Source: Candidatus Latescibacterota bacterium
GTDB taxonomy: Bacteria; Latescibacterota; UBA2968; UBA8231
Direction of reading: 5' to 3'
DNA: 64,000 bases
Assembly (NCBI GenBank): GCA_965217585.1
Contig: OZ244561.1
Span: 5,088,001-5,152,000 of the forward strand
Shown here piece by piece: positions 11,014-20,720 of the stretch; the first letter of the stretch is position 1, and the number at the start of each line of letters is the position of its first letter. The notes under the pieces were generated by a model. That model saw only the letters and a list, made by a program, of their open reading frames with translations. It ran no database searches and was not told the origin of the DNA. Both the position numbers and the translations under genes were made by a program.

Positions 11014-11114
11014 GTTGCCACACCTCTCTCCCATTTGGGAGCCCGTTGACAAAGTCCTTGTGGGCAATCCAAGGGATTGACGGCTTCGCCGGCCCGCGGC
11101 CGACAGGCCGCGCC

Positions 11115-13079
11115 TCAATACGCCACCGCGATCAGGCGGGTTCCGCTGTCGCGGCCCCCTTCGCGATCGACCGCGACCCGGCATACGTAGAGCCCCGGCG
11201 GCACCAGCCGGCCGCCGCTGTCCCGTCCGTCCCAGGGCTGGATGTACTGACCCGAATGGTCCCGGCCCACATACACCTCCCGCACCAGCCGGCCCGACAG
11301 ATCCCACACCCCCACCTCCACTCGCCGGTCCTCGGTCAACTTCAGCAGGTCGTACTGGATCGCCACCGCGTCGTTGATGCCGTCCCCGTTGGGCGTAAAC
11401 GCGGCCGGCTCGACCTGCAGCCCCCCCACAATCGACGCGCCCAGCGACAGCGTCTCGACCGACAGACGGTTGCCGTCCAGCCTGTTGGTCGCATCGCCGC
11501 CCCGCACCGGTTGCCAGACCTCCGCCGGCGCCTGGCTGTCGAAAATGCGGCCCTCGAAGGTCGCCGCATACCGATACACCTCGCCCCGCAGCCGAACCTG
11601 CAGCAACTCACCGCTCTGGTTCACCTCCAGCCGCGGAAAGCTCACCACCACCCGGTCCTCGGTGCGCAGGCTGTCCGCCTCCGTGAAGACCACCGCCGCT
11701 CCCGCCACCTCGACCCCGACCACCTCCGCCACCCGGCCCCCCTGAAAGCGCAACTCCAGGCTGTCGAAACCCCGATCCTGCAGCGACAAGGTGGGCCGCA
11801 CCGCGTAAGTGAACTCGGTCAGCTCCGAAGCCTCGGCCTGCCACGGATCCACCTCCCCCACCAGATCCGTCGCCGCCGGCGGCGACGAGACCGCGAATTC
11901 CAGGAAATTCACCTGCCCCCCATCCAGAAAATCACTGGCGAAGTCAATCGAAAACTGCACGTAGTTGCGCGGCCGCGGCGCCACCATCGGCACCCCCAGA
12001 CTGTCGCCAAACGAATACGGCGCCGACCACAGGTCCCAGTTTACCGCGTCGTGGGTGATGCGGCCTTTCTCTTTTTTCTTCAGCTTGTCATACTGCGCCC
12101 GGGTCAGCGGCGATCCGTCCGCCCCATACGGGACCTCCTCGTCGCCCCGGAAGGTCCGCCGCCAGTACCGGGACGGATCGGGATCGTCGCCGCCATGGCT
12201 GCGGATAGATACCCGGGCCGACTCGTCTTGGCGGCCCGACCAGCGCACCCAGCCCAGACTGGAGGGGGCGCCCAGCGGAATGGTGTTCGAGGTATAGCTG
12301 GCGAACGGTACATACCCCTCGGCGAACACCTCCATCTCCGCAATCTCCCACGCCTGCCGCTGAAACGGGTCCAGCCACAGCGCCAGCTGTCGCACCGGCG
12401 TCCGGTCCAGGGGGATCTCCACCACCGGGCTCTTGTTCTCCGTGATCTCCGCCACCAGATCGAAGTCGAGTTTCGTGCCGACGAGCTTGCGCTGGAATGC
12501 GAGGTGAGACCGGTTCGGCGTTCCCCCGTGGGGTTCGCCACTGCCGGTGGCGATGGCGATGTGCTCGATGTAGAGCGGGGAGCCGGGACGCGGCGACACC
12601 CGCACCCGGTTCACCGGGAACAGGCCGCCCAGGTCGAAGTACAGGGTGAAGCCGGTGATACCGCCACCCGGACTGTAATCCGACAGCGACGCATTGTGCT
12701 CCAAGAAGAAGGTGGTGAAGTCCCCATCCGCGACCACGTCGAGGGTCGGATCGCGGCCATAGCCCGAGTAGCGCTCGGTCATCAGGAAGCCGCCCCGCTC
12801 CCCCACCGTGGCCAGGATGCTCTCGTCGCTGCCGTAGTAGTAGGGCGCCAGCGCTCCATTTAGGTTGACGCTGTCGAAGTCGCCGGCCCGGGCGGGATCC
12901 ACGTCGGTCCAGCTCAACTGCTCGAACTCGACGCTGCCGTCCGCTACCTCCGGGAGCAGGGGAAAGCTCGCGTAGTCCTCGCCGCCCAGCCGGTAGATCT
13001 TGACCGCATCTGCGGGACGCCACATCCCCGCGCCCGCCACCAGGCACAAGAGCAGGCCTGCCAATCGCGCTTTTGCCAA
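11115..13079 (-). CDS. Secreted protein with C-terminal FlgD Ig-like domain (paralog B3)
   Basis: Likely TTG start after GAGGG RBS (LAKARLAGLLLCLVAG signal); DGDFTTFF..FDLGGLFPVNRVRVSPR; FTPNGDGIND...WDGRDSGGRLVPPGLY...IAVAY. Confidence 0.75.
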   Translation of the reverse strand: MAKARLAGLLLCLVAGAGMWRPADAVKIYRLGGEDYASFPLLPEVADGSVEFEQLSWTDVDPARAGDFDSVNLNGALAPYYYGSDESILATVGERGGFLMTERYSGYGRDPTLDVVADGDFTTFFLEHNASLSDYSPGGGITGFTLYFDLGGLFPVNRVRVSPRPGSPLYIEHIAIATGSGEPHGGTPNRSHLAFQRKLVGTKLDFDLVAEITENKSPVVEIPLDRTPVRQLALWLDPFQRQAWEIAEMEVFAEGYVPFASYTSNTIPLGAPSSLGWVRWSGRQDESARVSIRSHGGDDPDPSRYWRRTFRGDEEVPYGADGSPLTRAQYDKLKKKEKGRITHDAVNWDLWSAPYSFGDSLGVPMVAPRPRNYVQFSIDFASDFLDGGQVNFLEFAVSSPPAATDLVGEVDPWQAEASELTEFTYAVRPTLSLQDRGFDSLELRFQGGRVAEVVGVEVAGAAVVFTEADSLRTEDRVVVSFPRLEVNQSGELLQVRLRGEVYRYAATFEGRIFDSQAPAEVWQPVRGGDATNRLDGNRLSVETLSLGASIVGGLQVEPAAFTPNGDGINDAVAIQYDLLKLTEDRRVEVGVWDLSGRLVREVYVGRDHSGQYIQPWDGRDSGGRLVPPGLYVCRVAVDREGGRDSGTRLIAVAY

Positions 13080-13222
13080 GATGGCACCCTCTTGCCGTGT
13101 GTGGGCCCAACCCGCGTGCACCGTTGGGCTGATTCTCAGGGAAGGGGGGATGTGAGACCACATCCCCCCTTCCTTCGTGCTATGGAGCTTGGAGCGCTAG
13201 CAGCGAACCTGCTCGCCGCCAG

Positions 13223-14134
13223 CTACTGCGTGAACGCAGCCTTGATGCGGCCCCAGCTCTCGGCTTCGACTGCCGTGCCCAAATCGACACCCTCCTCCAC
13301 CGGAGCCAGCAGGAAGTCGGTGGATACCGACGAGGTTTGCCAAACCGTTGCCTCGCCATTCAGGATCCACTGATCTTTCGAGTTATCCTCCGTATTGTCA
13401 TAGTCGGTGATCTCCCAGTTCAGACCGATGATCTCACCTTCTACCATGTCGTGCACCACACTGACGTCCGGGTCATCCCACTGCAGGTTGTCCCACAACG
13501 TGAGCATCCACTCTGCATGGCCGGTGACGTCGGCGGCGTTGAGCTCGGCGGCATCCGACGAGTACCCATTGTCGGCCCACGGCAGTTCGCCGGTCCAGGT
13601 AGCCTGGGTCTGCCAGTACCAGGCCCACGCCGTCGCCTCGTTGTTCACGTTCAGCGACGAAGGATCGATATCCGGGAGGCGGAAGTGGATATTCTGGGCG
13701 AAGCGCGAGCCGTCCTCCGGCACTTCGCCATTGAAGGAGTCTTCGCCGCCGTGGTCCCCGTCAACGTTCATCTCGAAGCTGTCGGGTAAGTTAGCTGCGG
13801 CAGCGAGACTGGAGACGTCCCGCTTGCGGAAGTCGTCGAACAACTCGTGGTGCATATAGAGACGGTCGGTGCTTGCGCTATAACCGACGATGACCTTGCT
13901 GTTCAGACTGGACAGGTCTGTCCACTGCTCGCCGGCCGGGGACGCGTAGAGCTCTGGCCCGATCCAGTAGTCCTCGGGAACCACGGCCCACTCGGACAGA
14001 TCCCCGTCCAGGGTCGGCTCGGCACCCGCCGGGAACTGGAACGCGAGCAGAACTTGGCCCTCTGGCACATGGCCCCAGGCGGAAAAGGCAAAGCCCACGG
14101 TCAGGCACAGGGCGATAAGCATAGCTTTCTTCAT
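13223..14134 (-). CDS. Secreted CBM9/DOMON-like sugar-binding protein with C-terminal 'AVEAESWGRIK' motif
   Basis: GGAGG RBS, signal peptide MKKAMLIALCLTVGFAFSAWG; PTLDGDLSEW, DSFEMNVDGD, GEIIGLNWEITDYD resemble the CBM9-like fold. Confidence 0.65.
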   Translation of the reverse strand: MKKAMLIALCLTVGFAFSAWGHVPEGQVLLAFQFPAGAEPTLDGDLSEWAVVPEDYWIGPELYASPAGEQWTDLSSLNSKVIVGYSASTDRLYMHHELFDDFRKRDVSSLAAAANLPDSFEMNVDGDHGGEDSFNGEVPEDGSRFAQNIHFRLPDIDPSSLNVNNEATAWAWYWQTQATWTGELPWADNGYSSDAAELNAADVTGHAEWMLTLWDNLQWDDPDVSVVHDMVEGEIIGLNWEITDYDNTEDNSKDQWILNGEATVWQTSSVSTDFLLAPVEEGVDLGTAVEAESWGRIKAAFTQ

Positions 14135-14278
14135 TATGTAGAACCTCCATGATGCTGATTCCCCGACCCCAGGCGCTCTGGGGCCGCAGGAATCGGGTTG
14201 CATGGGGAATATCGCGAGTCAGAATGTATGCGTTGGCCTTGGGGCGGTGCAACAAAAAACCGAGACCGACCACACTCG

Positions 14279-15817
14279 CTAGGGGGCAAGCTGTGCCATG
14301 CGTGCCTCTATCGTTGCAAGCTGACGGGCATCTCCCCGCCAGTGGGCGACCGCCAGCCGGTATGCCCGCAGTGCCGCATCCACTTGGCCCGTCTGTTCGT
14401 ATGCCTCCCCGAGCGCGTAGTGGGCCTTCGCGCTGGTGGCGTCCAACCTCTCCACGGCCTCGAACACCGCGATCGCCCGGTCGTAGGCCTGCTGGCGGAG
14501 GTAGTACTGTCCGAGGCTCAGGCGGGGATTGACCCAATCCGGTCGGTGGCGGATCGCTGCCCTGTAGGACTGCTCGGCCTCGCCCAGGCGCCCCTGAAGC
14601 AGCCCCACGTTGCCCAGGGCGTGGTGCCCCTTGGCATAGGTCGTGTCCAGTTCCAGGGCCTGCTCGAAGGACCGACGGGCCTGGTCCAGGCGCCCTCCCC
14701 TGGCCTCCACATAACCGATGGTGAAGTGGGCCTCGCAGGCCTCGCGCTGATCCGGGGCCCGGGCGATCACCTGGCGGGCCAGCGCCACCGCCTCGTCCAG
14801 GTTCTGTTGGTTCAGGTGGGCATGGCTCAATCCCGCGAGGGCCCTGACATGCCCGGGCTGGCGCTCCAGGACCGCCCGGTACATTCCGATGGCCTGCTCC
14901 CACCGGCCGAGCTCGCCGTAGGAGCGCCCCGCCGCCAGATAGGAGTCCAGGTCGCCGGCGGCCTGATTCACCTGTTTTTCTAGGGCTCGCACCTGGGCGG
15001 CCCGCCGGTTCAGCTCGGAAAAGCGGTCGAGCAGTATCTGGGCTTGCTCCACGCGCCCCTGGGCGGAGTAGAGATTGGCCAGGCTGTGATATGCCTCGGG
15101 ATAGGCCGGGTCGATCTCGAGAGCCCGGCGCAGCATTCCCTCGGCCTCCTCGTAGCGCTCCGCGTAGGTGTAGAGCACCCCGAGTTCCCGGTGGGCCTCC
15201 TTGTTGCCGGGATCGAATCTGACAGCGCGCGTCAACAGCTCCTCGGATTCTGCTAGGCGCCCCTGCAGCCGGAGGAGCCGGCCCAGGGTCCACAGCGCCT
15301 CAGCATCGGCCGAATCGGCCGCCACGGCCCGTACCAGGGCCTCTTCGGCCCGGTCGTACGTTCCCTGCTCCTGGTGCAGACCGGCCAGAAGACGGTACGA
15401 GGGAGCCGTGCCCGGATCGATGCGCACGGCCTCTTCCAGCAGGGCGACCGCCTCCCGGTGGCGTCCCGCCTCTCCGTAGGCCACGGCCAGATTGTGGTAG
15501 GCCAGAACAAGGCTCGAATCCAGGCGAATGGCGGCCAGATACGCGGTCTCAGCCGAATCCCTGCGGCCCAGTTTCATGTAGGCCGTGGCCAGATGGCAGT
15601 GGGCTTCCGCGGAGAGGGAGTCCAAGGCCACTGCCTGCTGATACGCGGCCAGTGCGTCGCGGTACCGGGCCTGGCGGAAATAGGTGTGCCCGAGCGTGCA
15701 GAGCCGGTCTCTCTCCGGGTCCGGCGCCGGCGATTCGGGTGCCTGGCACGCGCCCAGCCAGATCGTCATCAGGGCAGCGGCGGTGCGGCGAAACAGAACT
15801 GCGTACGTCGAATGCAT
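14279..15817 (-). CDS. TPR-repeat lipoprotein
   Basis: Start MHSTYAVLF...WLGA-C lipobox; more than 10 TPR-like repeats (e.g. AYHNLAVAYGEAGRHREAVALLEEAVRIDP). Confidence 0.85.
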   Translation of the reverse strand: MHSTYAVLFRRTAAALMTIWLGACQAPESPAPDPERDRLCTLGHTYFRQARYRDALAAYQQAVALDSLSAEAHCHLATAYMKLGRRDSAETAYLAAIRLDSSLVLAYHNLAVAYGEAGRHREAVALLEEAVRIDPGTAPSYRLLAGLHQEQGTYDRAEEALVRAVAADSADAEALWTLGRLLRLQGRLAESEELLTRAVRFDPGNKEAHRELGVLYTYAERYEEAEGMLRRALEIDPAYPEAYHSLANLYSAQGRVEQAQILLDRFSELNRRAAQVRALEKQVNQAAGDLDSYLAAGRSYGELGRWEQAIGMYRAVLERQPGHVRALAGLSHAHLNQQNLDEAVALARQVIARAPDQREACEAHFTIGYVEARGGRLDQARRSFEQALELDTTYAKGHHALGNVGLLQGRLGEAEQSYRAAIRHRPDWVNPRLSLGQYYLRQQAYDRAIAVFEAVERLDATSAKAHYALGEAYEQTGQVDAALRAYRLAVAHWRGDARQLATIEARMAQLAP

Positions 15818-16249
15818 CGCGCAGTCTTCCGTTGAGTCACGGGGTTGACCGGGGGTGACGCGGCTGCAGCGGTCAACCCCCCCAAGCCCGGAGGGGGCGC
15901 GGCGTGAGGGAGGCTGGAGTCGGGGGAAGAGAATTGCCACCCGTGGACGCCTTCGCGTTGACGTGGGGCCGCCGGCCGCTCCCCGCGCCGTCGGTCCGCG
16001 TCGCCGACCGAATATCGCCATCGGCACCGGCCCCAACAACTCGAGTGCTGGTGCCCGCAGGGCCGTTTCGTCGGCCTTGTTGACCAAGGCACCCGCTGGC
16101 TCGGTCAATCTGGCCTCGCCAGTCCAGGCGATTGGCGGTTCCGTCGGCCAGCGGGGCCTTCCTCCGCGAGGTCGCTGCAGAGCCGGCGGATGCCGCCGCG
16201 GCAGCCGTGGCCACGACCCTGTGGAAGTGGGGGCTGGCTTTCCCCTTCG

Positions 16250-16523
16250 GGGTCATCGCACCGCTCCCCGGGAGCGGAGGGCCTACCTGGAGCTGATAGA
16301 CTACCACTTGGAGGTGGGCGATGAGATAGGGGCCGAGGGGATCCTGGAGCGAGCCGCGACCCATCTGCCCCGCGACACCAAGCGCCTGCGGTATGTAGCT
16401 TCACCCCCCTGTGCCATCTGAGCTACCCGGACCTACCGCTACCGGGCGCGGCTCCTGTACCGACCGTTCGTCGATCGGGAAGCGGTGCGGCGGGCGTATG
16501 AGGAATGGACGGCCAAATTATAG
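16250..16523 (+). pseudogene. Fused gene fragments (TPR-like piece plus C-terminus of another hypothetical protein)
   Basis: ERRAYLELIDYHLEVGDEIGAEGILERAATHLP, then in another frame TYRYRARLLYRPFVDREAVRRAYEEWTAKL*; no plausible start. Confidence 0.4.
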
Positions 16524-16557
16524 CGCGGGTGGCCGCCATGCAGGTCCGCCAGCTCAT

Positions 16558-16740
16558 CTACTCCGCATCCGCCTCCCGCCAGTCGGGCAGGCTCACCGGC
16601 GTGGTGTGCACCGGCCAGCTGGCGCGGAACTCGTCCTCGTACAGCCCGATCTCCTCGACCGGGATCGGCCGGAACCCGACCCGGGCGAACAGCGGCGCGT
16701 CCGCGCGCAGGCGGAAATCCTCGCCCGCCGCATCCTGCTG
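16558..16740 (-). pseudogene. C-terminal remnant of a right-handed beta-helix (GH141/pectin-lyase-like) protein
   Basis: DAAGEDFRLRADAPLFARVGFRPIPVEEIGLYEDEFRASWP matches the typical 'D.RL..DSP...GF..IP...IGL' tail of such proteins; no N-terminal part. Confidence 0.6.
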
Positions 16741-16810
16741 CGGTACCTGTGAATCGCTCAAACCGGACCTCTCTTTCCGTAAAAGGTCTCCGCAGGGAGA
16801 CACTATACTT

Positions 16811-18697
16811 TCACCACGGCGGGGCCAGACTCGGCTCGTGGACGAAGCGCTTCATGCCCAGCACGAGTCGGGCCTGGGTGCGCGGCGGCAGAGCCAGCGC
16901 GAACGTCTTGCCGCTCACCGGAACGCGCTGGGACGCCCCGTCGACCTCGACCTCGGTGAACTCGTGTTCCCCCATGCCCCCCGCCTGGATCAGCACCTCC
17001 CGGCGCTCCGTCGGGCTTACGTTCACCACGGTCAGTTCGGCCCGGTCGTCGTTCAGCCCCGACACCAGCGCGGCCACGTCGGGCGGAAGCCCCGGACGAC
17101 GGCGCTGGCGATCGAAGTGACGCAGTCTCGTGACCAGCAGGCCCCCATTGTAGTGCGGCAGAGGAGCGCCCATGGTGAGCTGCACCAGGCCTTCACAAGT
17201 AACAGGATTCCGCTGCTGGAAATAGGCGTCGCCATAGCTGGCCGGGTCCTGGTCGTCCTGCGCCATGAAGTCGAGGCGCGCCTGCACCTGGCCCAGATTG
17301 TGTTGCAGGATCCGCTCCGGATACTCGGGGAACTCGCCGTGCAGGTAGGCCATCCAGCCCCAGTCGTGCCCGCCCTGATCCTTGGTGTGGTGCCACGAGT
17401 TGACGGCGAACGGATCACCCGACCGCTTGCGGGTCCGCTCGAATCGCCGTGAATCGGATCGGGCCATCGACATGCACCACAGATGGGCGATGTCGGACGG
17501 GTACATGGGCATGAACTCGAACCAGCCGTCCTGCTGCAGGGCGGTGCCGTCCTCCTGCCGGATCGGGTCGTACAGCCACGGGCCCGGCTCGTAGTCGACC
17601 AGCCCGGGATCATCGTACTTGTGGGGCACGTAGAGCTGATCGTCGCGCTCGATCCCGCGGGAAATGAGGACGTCGATCTGCGACCGCGGAAAATCCATGT
17701 ATTCCAGGCGGCGCGTCAGCAGGGCGCAGTTCTGGGCTGCGACCCCCACGGCCTGCCCCACGCTGTGCCAACCGTGGGGCCAGGCCCAGCCGTAGCTCGA
17801 CCCATACCACTTGCCGTTGGTGTGTTCGCCCACGACACCGGAGAGGCCGACGTTGTCGGGCACGATGCCGCCGTTGGCGTCGGCGCGCTCCATCCAGGCC
17901 TCGGTATATTCCAGGACCCAGTCGCGGTACTTCCCGTCCGCCGTCAGCAGGTAGGCGTTTGCCCCCAGGGTGGTCGCCAGGAGGTTGACCACGGCGTCGC
18001 CGCGGCCCATGCGATCGCGCATGGCCTGGCCCAGCCGCTCGGCCAACTCGGGACTACCTCGCACCACCTCGTGATTGGTGCATCCCGGCACGTCGTAGAA
18101 GGGCAGGTTGTACCCCTCATAGGGCCAATGCGGACCTTCCTCGAAGGCCCAGTAGGCCGGCCCCTTGCTGCCGTTTCTCGCGCAGCGGATGATCCGGTGT
18201 TCCGGGTCGTAGTTGGGTGCCTCCGGATCCTCACCGAGGAACAGCCCGGCGAAGCGCCGGGCCCGCTCGATGTTGGCCCCGTTGGTCGGATCGGCCATGC
18301 AGAGCATGTAGAACAGGTAGTTGCCCTCGCCCTGATGGAACCAGTCGTAGCCCGGCTGGTACTCCCGCACCACCATGGGGTAGCCGTGTCCCGTGCCATG
18401 CTGGCTCATCTGCTCATTGATGACGTCGAATTCCCGCTGGGCGTCGGCCAGGAACCGGTCGCTGCCGCCGAGAAGGTAGAAGAGCGGCCAGTTGTGGAAG
18501 CTCTCGTAGCAGTCATCCAGCGCGTCGATGCTCTGGAAGTCGGGACTGGGGGGCCAGAGCAGGCGCCCATCCGGATGGGTGTACCTCTCGAGCGCCTGCG
18601 GAGCGGCGTCCTCGATTGCGTCGAATAGCTGGCGCTGAAGCAGGGCCCACTTCGGTGGTGTCTGGGCCGATTCGCGCGCCTTTAGGGAGACTGCCAT
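16811..18697 (-). CDS. Uncharacterised cytoplasmic protein, possibly an (alpha/alpha)-toroid glycosidase/lyase-like enzyme
   Basis: Start MAVSLKARES after AAGGAGAG RBS; protein-like composition; motifs DDCYESFHNWPLFY, YDWFHQGEG, PDNVGLSG. Confidence 0.7.
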   Translation of the reverse strand: MAVSLKARESAQTPPKWALLQRQLFDAIEDAAPQALERYTHPDGRLLWPPSPDFQSIDALDDCYESFHNWPLFYLLGGSDRFLADAQREFDVINEQMSQHGTGHGYPMVVREYQPGYDWFHQGEGNYLFYMLCMADPTNGANIERARRFAGLFLGEDPEAPNYDPEHRIIRCARNGSKGPAYWAFEEGPHWPYEGYNLPFYDVPGCTNHEVVRGSPELAERLGQAMRDRMGRGDAVVNLLATTLGANAYLLTADGKYRDWVLEYTEAWMERADANGGIVPDNVGLSGVVGEHTNGKWYGSSYGWAWPHGWHSVGQAVGVAAQNCALLTRRLEYMDFPRSQIDVLISRGIERDDQLYVPHKYDDPGLVDYEPGPWLYDPIRQEDGTALQQDGWFEFMPMYPSDIAHLWCMSMARSDSRRFERTRKRSGDPFAVNSWHHTKDQGGHDWGWMAYLHGEFPEYPERILQHNLGQVQARLDFMAQDDQDPASYGDAYFQQRNPVTCEGLVQLTMGAPLPHYNGGLLVTRLRHFDRQRRRPGLPPDVAALVSGLNDDRAELTVVNVSPTERREVLIQAGGMGEHEFTEVEVDGASQRVPVSGKTFALALPPRTQARLVLGMKRFVHEPSLAPPW

Positions 18698-18765
18698 GGT
18701 CACTCTCCTTCCGTTTTGGGCTGGTACCACTCGATGATCAAGGTATGCTCCCCCGGTCTGATTCC

Positions 18766-20532
18766 TCAGGGGCCGGAAGCCGGATCGAGGCGTCCCACCT
18801 TGCCCTCGACCAGCGTGACGAACTGATCGGGTCTCAGACCAGTTAGGCGCTTGACCGCGCCGCTGGGCCAGCGGATCCGCACCGAGTCGACCCGCGTCCG
18901 GGCGCCCAGCCCGAAACTCACCCGCATGTCCCGCTGCGACAGATAGCTGAAGCTGCCCCGGACCTCCTGCACTTGGTAGAGGTCGCCCGCCCACACCTCG
19001 ATCCGTGCCCCGATGCCGTCCCGGTTGCTCGGTCCGCCCCGGGTGGAGATGGTGAGCCAGTGGCGCGAATTCCCCCCCTCGTTCCGCAGCAGGGCGGGCG
19101 ACTGCCCGCTGTTGGTGACCACGATGTCCGCGTCGCCGTCGTTGTCGTAATCACCCACGGCGCAGCCGCGGCTGACCCGCGCCCGTGCTAGGGCCGCTCC
19201 CGCCTGGGAAGAGATGTCCCGGAACCGGTACTGGCCGCGGACGTCGGGTCCCTGGTTCCGCAGCAGCAGGTTCGGCTGGGCGTAGCTACTGGACTCGTGG
19301 AACGCTGAGGTATTGTCGAGCACGTGGCCATTGGCCACGAACAGGTCCTGGTACCCGTCGTTGTCGTAGTCGACGAAGCCGATGCCGAACGAAAGGTAGC
19401 GCAGGCTGACCAGACCGACACCTGCGGGGTAAGAGGCGTGCGGGAAGAACCCGGTGCCCCAGTTCTGGTACAGGCTAACGGGCTCGTTCTCGAAATTGGT
19501 GACCACCAGGTCTTGGTCGCCGTCGTTGTCGTAGTCGGCCGCATCGACCCCCATTCCCGCCTCCTGTTGGCCGTCTTGGCCGTAGGCCACGCCGGCCAAC
19601 CTGCCGAGCTCGGTGAAGCGCCCGTCGCCCTCGTTGTGGTAGAGGAAGTTGGGCACGGCGTCATTGGCCACATAGAGGTCACTCCAGCCGTCGTTGTCGT
19701 AGTCGGTGGCCACCACGCCCAGCCCCCGCCCGGCCGCGGCTGAGGTGTCCACCAGCCCGGCCAGCCGATTCACGGCGCGAAAACGACCGTCGCCCTCGTT
19801 GCGAAACAGATGGTCCTCGGCGCCGGCGAAGTTCCGCGGATGGGGGTACGCCTTGATGCCTTCTGCGGGGGCGCGCTGAGACATGGCCAGGTAGGCTTCC
19901 AGATCCTTCTCGGCGTAGGCCAGGTCGTAGTGGACGTAGTTGGCCACGTACAGGTCGAGGTCCCCGTCGTTGTCGTAGTCGACGAAGGTGCTGCCCATGC
20001 TCCAGATGGTGTCTCCCACCGCGGCCTGATCAGTGACATCGCGGTACCGCCCATGGCCCTCGTTGCGGTACATGACGTTGGCGCCGTAGTTGGTCAGGTA
20101 CAGGTCCTGGTCGCCGTCGTTGTCATAGTCGGCAAACGCGCATCCCATGCCATGGCCCGGGTCGGCTACGCCAGCGTCCCGCGCCACCTCCACAAAGCGG
20201 CCGCCCTCGTTGCGAAACAGCGCATTGACTGGATCCGGCGAGCCTTTGTAGCTTGGGAATGCAGCGCCGTTGACGAAGTATATGTCCAGGTCCTGGTCAC
20301 CGTCGAAGTCGACGAAACCAACCCCAGAGCCCATGGTCTCCGGGAAGTACCGCCGACCGCTGGCCCCGGTGACGTGCTGGAACTTGACCCCGACCTGCTC
20401 GGCCACGTCGACGTATTCTATCGCGGGAAGAGGAGCGGGTTGAGCGGCCCAGCCAGCGGGCGGACCCAGGCATAGCGCGGCCGCTATCCCCGCGTCGCTC
20501 AGGGCACCCAGTGGTCGGCGCACGGGACGCAA
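18766..20532 (-). CDS. CRTAC1-family protein (FG-GAP/VCBS repeats plus C-terminal ASPIC/UnbV domain)
   Basis: Seven DYDNDGD-type repeats; SNRDGIGARIEV...SYLSQ...FGLG...IRWPSG; start may be GTG at 20523. Confidence 0.9.
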   Translation of the reverse strand: MRPVRRPLGALSDAGIAAALCLGPPAGWAAQPAPLPAIEYVDVAEQVGVKFQHVTGASGRRYFPETMGSGVGFVDFDGDQDLDIYFVNGAAFPSYKGSPDPVNALFRNEGGRFVEVARDAGVADPGHGMGCAFADYDNDGDQDLYLTNYGANVMYRNEGHGRYRDVTDQAAVGDTIWSMGSTFVDYDNDGDLDLYVANYVHYDLAYAEKDLEAYLAMSQRAPAEGIKAYPHPRNFAGAEDHLFRNEGDGRFRAVNRLAGLVDTSAAAGRGLGVVATDYDNDGWSDLYVANDAVPNFLYHNEGDGRFTELGRLAGVAYGQDGQQEAGMGVDAADYDNDGDQDLVVTNFENEPVSLYQNWGTGFFPHASYPAGVGLVSLRYLSFGIGFVDYDNDGYQDLFVANGHVLDNTSAFHESSSYAQPNLLLRNQGPDVRGQYRFRDISSQAGAALARARVSRGCAVGDYDNDGDADIVVTNSGQSPALLRNEGGNSRHWLTISTRGGPSNRDGIGARIEVWAGDLYQVQEVRGSFSYLSQRDMRVSFGLGARTRVDSVRIRWPSGAVKRLTGLRPDQFVTLVEGKVGRLDPASGP

Positions 20533-20571
20533 TCCTTCTTGCTGAAAGGCCGCTCGACCGGTCCCTTCTCT

Positions 20572-20720
20572 TCAAATCTCCCTGTACTCATCCTTCACCA
20601 GCCCGATTTGATTGAGCGGGATTTCCTCGAATCCTGTTGCCCGACCCGGGGCATCCTCTTTGAGCCGATAGTCGCCGTTGTCCGGATCCACGAAACCCGG
20701 GTCCTCGCCGACAACCAGCC
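20572..20720 (-). pseudogene. Second C-terminal remnant of a beta-helix (GH141-like) protein
   Basis: Manual translation: VVGEDPGFVDPDNGDYRLKEDAPGRATGFEEIPLNQIGLVKDEYREI*; not in the ORF track. Confidence 0.65.

Noticed and set aside
3593-12863. Long plus-strand ORFs (3593-5410, 6195-7496, 9802-11049, 11046-12863)
   Set aside because: Antisense shadows of high-GC minus-strand genes; no recognisable motifs
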